Assembly: GCA_963796455.1 (NCBI GenBank)
Contig: CAWCLO010000004.1
Span: forward strand, 128,001 to 192,000
Source of the DNA: Candidatus Sulfomarinibacteraceae bacterium
GTDB taxonomy: Bacteria > Acidobacteriota > Thermoanaerobaculia > Thermoanaerobaculales > Sulfomarinibacteraceae
Direction: 5' to 3'
Length of the DNA stretch: 64,000 nt
The position numbers and the translations under genes are program-made. This document shows positions 55,391-64,000 of the stretch, piece by piece. The notes beneath the pieces are model-generated. The model ran no database searches. It saw nothing but the letters and a program-made list of their open reading frames with translations, and was not told the origin of the DNA. Within the stretch, counting starts at the first letter, position 1. Every line of letters starts with the position of its first letter.

Positions 55391-56628
55391 TCACCTCGCA
55401 AGGCGGGCGACGGCTTCTTTGACCGCGTCCGCCGATGTATTCACATGTTCGTCTGTGTATTTTTCGTTCCACGGCAGGACCAGGATGCCCTCGAGGCCGG
55501 AATAGGTGCCGGGGAAGAGGGCCGGATCGTAGTCGACCGCTTCAGGCCGGGCGAGATTGAAGGGGTAGTGGCTCGTAGCCGAAGGTGACCTGGTCTCTGA
55601 ATACCTGGCACATGAAGGCCGGTTTCTGGATGTAGCGTGGAGCCGAAAAGATGCCCTTTTCCGCGAGCGCCTTGCCGAGGCCCGGCGATCCGCCGGTCGA
55701 TGACATCGCCGTCCACGCGGAGGCAGTATTTCCAGTAGGTGTGCCGGGCGCCGTTTTCGACCGCCGGGGTTTGGATGCCGGGAACGCCTGTCAGCATCTC
55801 GGTCAGCCGGTCGGCCGTTTCGATCCGGGCGGCGACCACCCCGGGGAGTTTCGGCAGCTGTGCAGCCGCCACCGCGCCTTGAAGTTCGCTCATGCGGTAG
55901 TTGAGGGCGAGGAAATAGTGGTCGGGGTTCTGGTCGCCGTAGCCCCATGCCTTGTGGACGTGGAGGAATGCCCGCCGCGCCAGGGCCGGGTCGTTGCTGA
56001 CCACCAGACCGCCCTCTCCGGTGGTGATGTGCTTGCCCTGCTGCAGGCTGAAGCAGCCGATGGCGCCGATAGTGCCGATCTTTCGTCCGCGGTACTCGGC
56101 TCCGAATGCCTGGGCGGCGTCCTCGATGACCGGAATTCCCCGCGAATTCGCGAGCTCCATGATCTCGTCCATCTTGCAGGGATTGCCGAAGAGGTGGGTC
56201 GACGATGATGGCCTTGGTTTTCGGGCTGATTCGGGCTCGATGGTTTCCGCGGTGACGTTGCAGGTCAGCGGATCAACATCAGCAAAGACCGGAATCGCGC
56301 CCTGATAGAGGATGGGAGTGAGTGCGCCCATGTCGGTGATGGAGGTCGTGATGATCTCGTCGCCGGGCTCGGGGTTGATGGCGGCAACCGCAATGTGGAT
56401 GGCGGCGGTGCCCGAGGTGCAGGCGTAGGCGTGATCGACCCCCAGCGATCTTGGCGAAATGCGCCTCCAGATCCTTGACGAATTTGCCCCTTGGGGCTGA
56501 ACAGCATCCCGCTGCCGATGGCTTCGGCGAGAAGGTCGAGTTCCTCCTTGCCCAAGGTCCGTCCGGTGGAGTTCTGGTCGGAAGGGAGGTTCGAGCGTTC
56601 GTCGCCACAGCTGATTTTGAGTCGTCAT
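55391..56628 (-). CDS. DegT/DnrJ/EryC1/StrS aminotransferase (frameshifted)
   Basis: SGTAAIH, IEDAAQA, FSLQQGKHITTGEGG and NYRMSELQ. Confidence 0.88.
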
Positions 56629-56663
56629 GATTGTGCCTTCTCCTCTGTGTGGTTTCTGACGCT

Positions 56664-57835
56664 TCATTTTACACGTGCATTTTCATTGCCGCTTTCTGTG
56701 CCGGTGTCATCCACACCCAAGCTTTCGGCGACGATTGCTGCGATGCGATGTCCGCTGTCTCCAGAGCCGAAAGGGTTTTCGATCTGTTCGACTCGTTTCG
56801 ACCCAGACGGGTCGCCGTCGATCTCATCCAATAATTCGTGCAAGACGTTGCGGGTCACCTCCGACGAGTTGGGCGACGCCGCATTCACGGCCTCGGGACG
56901 TTCGGTGTTTTCCCGCAGGATCAAAACCGGTTTGCCGAGGGTCGGGGCCTCTTCCTGGACGCCGCCGGAGTCGGAGACGATGAGCCAGGCTTTCGACAGC
57001 AGATAGATGAAGTCCTCGTAATCCGAGGGGATCGACGAGGTGAATCCTGGGGTGGTCGGTCAACACATCGCTGTGCCGAGCGAACCACCGACGGGTTTGG
57101 ATGTACCGGGAACACGAGGTGCACGTCGTCGTGAGCATCGACGAATCGCCGTAAGACCTCGAGGTTGTGTTGCATCGTCTCGCCGAGGCTCTCCCGCCGG
57201 TGGGTGGTGAGAACGATCCGTCGTTTCCCCTCGGTGGCTGTGATGATTTCGTCGATCGCTTTGGTCGAGCGCGACCGACCGAGAATGAACTGTAGCGCAT
57301 CGACAACCGGGTTTCCGGTCACGAAGACGGATGCGGCGTCAACTCCCTCTGCCAGGAGGGTCTTGTCGTTGTGACGTGTCGCCGCAAAATGGAGATCGGC
57401 GAGCTGGCTGATCAGGCGGCGGTTCATTTCTTCCGGGAATGGGCTCTTGGCATTTCCCGTCCGCAGACCGGCTTCGACATGGCCCACCGGGATGTGGTTG
57501 TCAAATCCTCCCAACGCACCCGCCAGGGCCGTCGTCGTGTCGCCTTGAACCAGGATCATGTCCGGCTGTTCCGAGCGAAGAATCGGATTCAGCCCGTCGA
57601 TGACGCGGGCGCAGACCTCGTCCGGTGATTGGTCGGGCCGCATGACATCGAGGTCATGGTCGATGCGGATATCAAAGGTGGCGGCAAAAGGGTGGAGCAG
57701 GGAAGTGTGCTGCGACGAGGAGACATTGATGGTCTCGAAGCGGTCGGGGAGTTTTTCAAGACTCCGAATGACCGGGGCGAGCTTGATCACCTCGGGCCGG
57801 GTTCCAAAAAGAACGATTATTTTGGCCAACAGCAC
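56664..57835 (-). CDS. wecB: UDP-N-acetylglucosamine 2-epimerase, non-hydrolysing (frameshift near 57020)
   Basis: FGTRPE.IK, VQGDT, HVEAGLR, PFPEE.NR, TGNP, HRRE, DSGG and LRENTERPE. Confidence 0.92.
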
Positions 57836-58418
57836 TACCTCATTTCAACCATTTTCTGGCCACCTTCACTCCGGGTCGAATAACGCTTGATGTCGAAAGT
57901 CTCGCAATACCTGCCATCCCAAGTGTTTGTATAGACATCAGACGACACTGCCTAAACCGCGGATCTTTATCATATTAAGTCTTCGCACACACCTCGCGCA
58001 ATCGCCCGATTCGACCATTTTTCTCATCAATCTGCATGGGTTTTGAGTGATTTTCTGAGATTCCTGCGGTATTTGTTGATTTCTCCTCACCATCGGCACA
58101 CGACGACTGAAATCTTCCGAGAAAAATGAAAAGCCTGGTTTCGGATTCGTGATCCGATGGCTGTCGGTTGGCTCATGCCGGACTGTTCAAGAATGTTACG
58201 ATTTCGACATATGCGCCTCGAGAAGGAGAGTTGTGATTTGAGAGAAGGTGGGACCCTACTCTTCTGGGCGCGACTGTTTTGGGAGCGGTTTCGGACTCTC
58301 CTGTTGGGTTTGCATATTCATTTTTTGTGTTTGTATTGGACGATAGTGTGACGGACAGGGTATTCTGTGGGTCTACCCAATGTGCGACCATTGAGTTGCG
58401 AACATATAGAAGAAGGCG

Positions 58419-60230
58419 ATGGGTCAGCGGCGAATGAGCACTCGGGACCAAAAGTCGGAAGCGAATCGGAATTCCGATAAGGGTCAAGCTGCAACTTCCA
58501 CCCGCCATCTCCTGACGGTCGTGCTCGAGGACTACTTTCATGTCGCGCCTCTCAAAAGCGTCGTCCACGCTGAACAGTGGTACCGCTTCGAGAGACGCGT
58601 CGAGTCCAACACCCACCGGGCGCTCGATCTTCTCGACGAATACGATATTTCGGCGACCTTTTTTGTTCTCGGATCCATTGCGGATGAGATGCCGGAGTTG
58701 GTGCGCGAAGTTGCCGAACGAGGCCACGAAATCGCCAGCAAGGGCTATTTTCACCACAGCATCCGCCATCTCACCCGCGAAGAATTCCGCGATGATCTGG
58801 TGAGATCCCGCGAAGCTCTGCAAAGGGCCTCGGGGACCCGCGTCGATGGATTTCGGATGGGTCATCGGTGGTTTGCGCCCGAAGACCTCTGGGCGCTCGA
58901 TATCCTCGCCGAAGAGGGCTTCGCCTACGACTCGAGTGTGCGGCCGCTCTTCAGACGCTACGCCGGCGATCCCCGCCGTCGCAAACCCCATCTGCATCGT
59001 CACGAAGGCCACGAGATCTGGGAATTCCCACTGTCGAGTTGGACCATCGGCGGGTGGTCGTGTCCAATTTCCGGTGGCAACTATTTCAGACAGATGCCGC
59101 AGTGGATGATGCGGCGGGCCGTCAAGTCCTGGATCAAATCGGCCGAGGCGCCTTTTCTGATGTATTTTCACGTTTGGGAGTTGGATCCCGACCAACCTCG
59201 AATTCAGGCCGTGCCTCTCCGGGAAAAGATCCGCCAGTATCGAAATCTCGACAAGATGGACGGGATCGTCCGCAATTATCTGGATGCATATTCATTTACC
59301 GGAATTGGTGACTATCTGGGGATCAAGCGGTCCATCGCCGATCAAGACGTCGGCAGGGATTCGAGGGTTTCCTCGACAAAACCTGCTGTGGCGGACTTGT
59401 TGACTGACAACGGCCACCTACCTCCCGTATCGGTCGTCGTCCCCTGCTTCAACGAAGAACTCATACTTCCCTATCTCTCCAACACCCTGCACAGCGTCGA
59501 GACCCAGCTCGGCCAGAAATACGATCTGCGCTTCGTGTTTGTCGATGACGGAAGCGCGGATGGCACGTGGTCGGCCCTCGAGCGGATCTTCGGCCATCGA
59601 GCAAATTGTGTTCTCGTCAAGCATCCAGAGAACCGGGGTGTGGCGGCTGCGATCAAGACCGGGCTGGATGCATCATCCACCGAGATCATCTGTTCAATTG
59701 ATTGCGACTGCACCTACGACCCCCACCAGCTGCAGAAAATGATCCCGATGCTGACCGGGGACGTGGACATGGTGGTGGCGTCCCCCTATCACGCCGACGG
59801 CGTGGTTCGAAACGTTCCGGGATGGCGGCTCTTTCTCTCGAAATCTCTTTCCAACCTGTATCGGATCGTCCTTCACCACCGGCTAGCCACCTACACGAGT
59901 TGCTTTCGGGTCTACCGGCGGAGCGCGACGATCGATATCGACATCGAAGAGAGCGGTTTTCTCGGAGTCGTGGAAATGCTCGGGCTTCTCGATCTGCAGG
60001 GTGGAAAGATTGCCGAATGTCCTGCGGTTCTCGAAGTGCGTCTCCTCGGTAGATCCAAAATGAAGACCCTGAGGACAATCTTCGGTCATCTCGGCCTGCT
60101 CGCCCGTTTCGGTGCCAAACGGTTGGTCGGGCCCAAACTCCCAGCCGATCAAAAGAAAGCCGGCGCGACCGTTGCGGATGAAAACGCGGCGGCTCAGCAG
60201 GACGTTGATCAGCCGCACGCGAGCCCATGA
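58419..60230 (+). CDS. XrtA-type polysaccharide deacetylase (DUF3473) domain fused to GT2
   Basis: EDYFH, ATFFVLG, GGNYFR and YFHVWELDPDQP, then VVVPCFNEE, VDDGSADGT and DCDCTY. Confidence 0.85.
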   Translation: MGQRRMSTRDQKSEANRNSDKGQAATSTRHLLTVVLEDYFHVAPLKSVVHAEQWYRFERRVESNTHRALDLLDEYDISATFFVLGSIADEMPELVREVAERGHEIASKGYFHHSIRHLTREEFRDDLVRSREALQRASGTRVDGFRMGHRWFAPEDLWALDILAEEGFAYDSSVRPLFRRYAGDPRRRKPHLHRHEGHEIWEFPLSSWTIGGWSCPISGGNYFRQMPQWMMRRAVKSWIKSAEAPFLMYFHVWELDPDQPRIQAVPLREKIRQYRNLDKMDGIVRNYLDAYSFTGIGDYLGIKRSIADQDVGRDSRVSSTKPAVADLLTDNGHLPPVSVVVPCFNEELILPYLSNTLHSVETQLGQKYDLRFVFVDDGSADGTWSALERIFGHRANCVLVKHPENRGVAAAIKTGLDASSTEIICSIDCDCTYDPHQLQKMIPMLTGDVDMVVASPYHADGVVRNVPGWRLFLSKSLSNLYRIVLHHRLATYTSCFRVYRRSATIDIDIEESGFLGVVEMLGLLDLQGGKIAECPAVLEVRLLGRSKMKTLRTIFGHLGLLARFGAKRLVGPKLPADQKKAGATVADENAAAQQDVDQPHASP

Positions 60231-60300
60231 CATTATTTTCCACCCCGTCCCGGGGCCGCATGTGGTCGCTTCAATTCCGCGCTGGGCGCAGATCCCCCAG

Positions 60301-61992
60301 ATGGACGGGTTTGCCGTGACGGGGGATCAGCGCGAACCGGATGCACGGGCCGTCTGTGGCGCTGGATCCGAGTCGTCATCAGATCTGAAATGGCAGCATT
60401 CGGTTTTTGCCGCCGAAAGCACTCCGGCGGAGGGGCGACGGTGGCTGATCTTCACGTTGTTCGGTGGAACCGCGATTCTCCTGACCACCCTCAGCTTCGG
60501 TTTCGAATACGATCACGGTGATCTGCAGTATGTGGCGTGGAGCGCACTGAACGGTCATTGGCCCTATTCCGGAGCCTGGGAGACATCCTTTCCAGGGGGC
60601 ATCCTGATCCACGCCCTGGTACTGGCATTGGGGGGGCAATCGGCCCTGGCGTTTCGGGCATTCGATCTGATTGTTCAGATCCTCACACTCGGGCTCATCT
60701 TCAAGGGCACACAGAAGATCTCCGGGCCGCTGGCTGGATCGATCGCCGCGTTGCTCTATGCCGTGGCCTATGTGCAGGGTGGCGCATACCACACCGCGCA
60801 GCGTGATGGATTCATGGTGCCCCTGATCCTGATTGCCCTGTTCTCCCTCTGGAGGTTCCGGGATTCGCAGCGGGTCGTCCTCCTCGGTGTGGCGGGCTTC
60901 GCCCTGGGCGTGGTGTGCGTCATCAAACCGACCTACGCGGTTTTGGTGGCGGCCATCACGATTGTTCTGGTGTTCTGGCGGACCGATTCGAGGACCGCGG
61001 GTGTCCGGCTGATTCGAGCCGGCTGTTTTGCGTTGTGCGGTAGTCTGCCATTGTTGTTTGTTTTATTTGTCCTGTTTCGTCAGGGTGAGATGACCTCGCT
61101 CATCGAAATCAGCACCTTCCTCAAAACGGTCTATGTCCACCTCGAACGGTCGTCTCAGCTCCGAGTGTTGCTCGCGACGCTCTACGTGGCCCCGGCGGTG
61201 GTATCGATCGGGGTTGTCGCCTCGTTGCTCCCCGGGGTCAAGAGGGGAGAGCGGTTCTGGAGCGTGGTCGGTCTTGGAGCGGTCTGCCTCGTTGTCCGGA
61301 TGATCGAGGCAAAATCCTACAGCTACCAGTATTGGCCGATCGTCGCGACCCTCGTCATGCTGTCCGGTGTGGGCTGGGCCTTCATCCTCCGGGCCACCGC
61401 GTCCTTTGTCGACGGTTCCACGTCGGCGAAAAGAATTGCGGTTGCGTTGGTTGTCACCGTGATGGTTGGAGCAAGCCTCCTGACGGATCGTGGCACCGTC
61501 GAGGGCTTCCTGGCCTTCGGGGGAAGGATGAAGGCCTCCCTTGAAAGGCCGGTAGCTTTCGACTCTCTGGTTGCCGGGAGCGAGGAACAGGCGGCGATCG
61601 CCCGCTATCTCAACCACCACAGCCAACCGGGAGATACCGTGCAGCTCTGGGGTGCTGAACCGGCGGTGCTTTACGCGGCGCAGCGACGTTCCCCTTCACG
61701 GTTCTTTACCAGTTCTCCCTTTCTCTGCCGTCATGCACGGTTCTTCGAGCACTGTGACGAGAACCTGATCGAGGTTCAACGGCGCTGGAAGCGGGAGTTC
61801 CTGGACGCGGTCAACGAAGTGAAACCACTGTTTATCGTGGCTCATCTCGCCTCGGACGAAGAATCCCTGGCCATCTCCGAAGGAGCCCGGTACGCACCCG
61901 ATTTTCCCCAGCTTCGCGAGATCATCGGACGCAACTATTCGAAGGCGGAAACCTTTGGAGCGTGGACGGTTTTCCGTCGCAACGGAAAATGA
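60301..61992 (+). CDS. GT-C-like integral membrane protein (start uncertain)
   Basis: DHGD..Y......G.WPY..AWE..FPG, many TMs, IKP and a periplasmic C-terminal domain. Confidence 0.7.
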   Translation: MDGFAVTGDQREPDARAVCGAGSESSSDLKWQHSVFAAESTPAEGRRWLIFTLFGGTAILLTTLSFGFEYDHGDLQYVAWSALNGHWPYSGAWETSFPGGILIHALVLALGGQSALAFRAFDLIVQILTLGLIFKGTQKISGPLAGSIAALLYAVAYVQGGAYHTAQRDGFMVPLILIALFSLWRFRDSQRVVLLGVAGFALGVVCVIKPTYAVLVAAITIVLVFWRTDSRTAGVRLIRAGCFALCGSLPLLFVLFVLFRQGEMTSLIEISTFLKTVYVHLERSSQLRVLLATLYVAPAVVSIGVVASLLPGVKRGERFWSVVGLGAVCLVVRMIEAKSYSYQYWPIVATLVMLSGVGWAFILRATASFVDGSTSAKRIAVALVVTVMVGASLLTDRGTVEGFLAFGGRMKASLERPVAFDSLVAGSEEQAAIARYLNHHSQPGDTVQLWGAEPAVLYAAQRRSPSRFFTSSPFLCRHARFFEHCDENLIEVQRRWKREFLDAVNEVKPLFIVAHLASDEESLAISEGARYAPDFPQLREIIGRNYSKAETFGAWTVFRRNGK

Positions 61993-63101
61993 AGAGCGGC
62001 CGCGACGGGATGATCGGCGGGTCGAAAATCCGATCTGCTGAAGAAAAAATCCCGCCAAAGAACCCGGTCCGACGACCTTACGGATTCTGGATACTGATGC
62101 TGGTGCTGACTCTCGGTATCGGGTTTTTGGTTGCTGAAGTGCTCCTGCGGGTGGCGGGGTACGAGCCCTGGACCTTTGCCGTCAGAGAGAACGAGCCGAG
62201 GGTGTACGAAGCTGATCCCGATCTCGGCTGGAAAAACAAAACGGGCGCGTACCGCTATCCCGGCTATTCTCCGGATGTGTCGGAAATATCTTTGACAATT
62301 ACAGGGAATGGTTCGAGGAAAACAGATTTCATTGATGAAGATTTGAGTGATGAAAGACCAAAACTACTCCTACTCGGAGGTTCTTTTATTCAGGGGTGGG
62401 CGATCTCTGACAACGAGACTTTCGCGTGGAAAATACAACAAAGATATCGCGGTCTGAAGGTTGAGAATTTCGGTACCGGAGGTTACGGCACCTATCAATC
62501 GCTTCTGGTTCTTGAGCGCGTCTCGACCCGTTCCGCGATGCCACGTGCGGTCATCTACGCGTTCATTGATGACCACGAACGTCGAAACGTCGGCACCTCG
62601 TGGTGGTTGCGCGCGATTCGGCGAGGCTCAGTGGGGAAGGACCGTCCGAAGGTTTTGCTGCCTTATTGCTCCCTTGGTGACGGCGGCGAAATCGTCAGGG
62701 AAGAGCCGGTTTCCTACCCTGGGATCTGGCGACTCAGCTTTGTCTCATCCGCCATTGATTTTCTGCAGCTCCAAACAGTAACTTTGGGTACAATTTCTCG
62801 GAGCTTTCAACGGAAGAAAGTTACAGAGAAATTGATTCTGAATATGCGGGATTTGAGTTTAAAAAATGGGTCAGAGTTTTTTGTTTTGTTTCTCTACTTT
62901 CACAAAGATTCGAACAGAGAGTATTACAAAGAATTCCTGGATAACGAGGGTATTTCAGGAATCGACTGTGCCTTCAAATTGACCGACGACCTCCATGTAG
63001 ATGGCGAAGGCCATCCCAACGGTGCGATGAACACGCTGTGGTCGGAATGTGTCGAGGATGCCATAGGTGCGAGATTGAGCTCGTTCTCGGGAGTTGGTTG
63101 A
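61989..63101 (+). CDS. Membrane-anchored SGNH-like protein
   Basis: TM ..AEVLLR, DPDLGW, LLGGSFIQG, NFGTGGYG and GHPN. Confidence 0.8.
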   Translation: MKSGRDGMIGGSKIRSAEEKIPPKNPVRRPYGFWILMLVLTLGIGFLVAEVLLRVAGYEPWTFAVRENEPRVYEADPDLGWKNKTGAYRYPGYSPDVSEISLTITGNGSRKTDFIDEDLSDERPKLLLLGGSFIQGWAISDNETFAWKIQQRYRGLKVENFGTGGYGTYQSLLVLERVSTRSAMPRAVIYAFIDDHERRNVGTSWWLRAIRRGSVGKDRPKVLLPYCSLGDGGEIVREEPVSYPGIWRLSFVSSAIDFLQLQTVTLGTISRSFQRKKVTEKLILNMRDLSLKNGSEFFVLFLYFHKDSNREYYKEFLDNEGISGIDCAFKLTDDLHVDGEGHPNGAMNTLWSECVEDAIGARLSSFSGVG

Positions 63102-63164
63102 GTCCTGACCCGATCGGTGTTGTTTTTGCACGATGTCTGCCGAGGGAGATGGTAGCCTTCACTT

Positions 63165-63560
63165 ATGGAAGAGCATCATCTCGGCTGCCCGAACTGCGGA
63201 GCCCCTCTGGACGTGCCGATCGGTGAGGTCGAAGCCATTTGTGAGTACTGCGCCTCGCGCCTCAGATTCATTCCCGAAGACAACGAGCTCGAGGTCGTCA
63301 AGACCCGAGAGGAGATGAAACACCGGGAACGTATCGCGGTGGAAAAAGAAATCCTGCGCAAGAAGTTCGAAACTGAGGAGATGGATCGCTGGCGGCAGAC
63401 CGCAGCCAGGGTCGCGATCGCCGCGGTACCGATCGTTGGACGCACGGCGGGGCGAGCAGCTTTCAACGCGGCCGCCGGCCGTGGTGGCGGTTGCGGTGGA
63501 TGTGGCTGTCTCGGTCTGATCGCAGCGCTGATCGCCGGTGGTGCGGTGATCGGTCTGTAG
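63165..63560 (+). CDS. Small zinc-ribbon membrane protein
   Basis: CPNCGAPL..CEYC, a charged helix, GGGCGGCGC and a C-terminal TM. Confidence 0.65.
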   Translation: MEEHHLGCPNCGAPLDVPIGEVEAICEYCASRLRFIPEDNELEVVKTREEMKHRERIAVEKEILRKKFETEEMDRWRQTAARVAIAAVPIVGRTAGRAAFNAAAGRGGGCGGCGCLGLIAALIAGGAVIGL

Positions 63561-63572
63561 AGGAGTTACCAG

Positions 63573-64000
63573 ATGGCCCAACGGCCTCTTCCATGGTCCG
63601 AGACGTGCTTCGTGTGTGGCGATGCCAACCCCAAAGGGTTGGATGCCAAATTTCAGGTTGACGACAAAGGGAAGGTGCGCCTCGAAATGATCATCGATCC
63701 ACGTTTCGAGGGTTATGGTGGGCACGTCCACGGCGGGGTCGTGACAGCCTTGCTGGATGAAGCGGCGGGCTGGGCTGTGACCCACGAGGTCGGTCGTTTT
63801 GCGATGACGATCGAAATCACCGTCCGATTTCGACGGTCGGTCAATGGTGGTTCAGCCGTTGCGGTGACGGGGGAGTGCCTCGGAAAAGAAGGGCGTTTCT
63901 ACCGCGCTCGGGCGGAGATGGTGGGCGCCGAGGGCAAGGTGCTCGCGTCGGCGGATGGGCGTTTCATGCCGGTCTCGGAAGAGGTGCACGAACAGGTTGT
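63573..64000 (+). CDS. PaaI family thioesterase (partial)
   Basis: Manual translation MAQRPLPWSETCFVCGDANPKGL...GYGGHVHGGVVTALLDEA, with GAGGAG RBS. Runs off the window. Confidence 0.85.
   Translation, partial: MAQRPLPWSETCFVCGDANPKGLDAKFQVDDKGKVRLEMIIDPRFEGYGGHVHGGVVTALLDEAAGWAVTHEVGRFAMTIEITVRFRRSVNGGSAVAVTGECLGKEGRFYRARAEMVGAEGKVLASADGRFMPVSEEVHEQV

Overview
GC-rich bacterial window. The IFxDGFE-tagged proteins and gene style suggest Acidobacteriota/Thermoanaerobaculia, but this is inference only. The first 13.4 kb hold housekeeping and accessory genes: a partial FabK/nitronate-monooxygenase-like gene, a REP doublet nested in a long inverted repeat, an EamA transporter, a HAD phosphatase, a fatty-acid desaturase, a DEAD-box helicase, a stand-alone formyltransferase-A-T-TE NRPS, and an out-of-operon EF-G (spdEFG1-like) coupled to a RecA/KaiC-like ATPase. 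At 13.65-13.9 kb a hairpin-rich orphan segment ends in an intrinsic terminator (candidate sRNA). From 14.6 to 63.1 kb lies a ~48 kb mosaic surface-glycan locus. Its core is wza, wzc-like, ExeA-type ATPase, BY-kinase, priming transferase, two mirror-image wzx-wzy-GT4 modules and a WbpB/E/D/I-like amino-sugar pathway. It also has three GT-C enzymes and many tailoring enzymes: an ACP/AMP-ligase/SDR cassette, a GNAT-methyltransferase fusion, a Thr-type sulfatase-like membrane protein, three CE4 deacetylase domains, two SGNH proteins, a lipase and a GMC oxidoreductase. Dense frameshifts at ~15.9-19.5, ~21.9-31.5 and ~52-57 kb look like long-read consensus errors, so gene boundaries there are approximate. 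No rRNA, tRNA, CRISPR array or transposase was seen.
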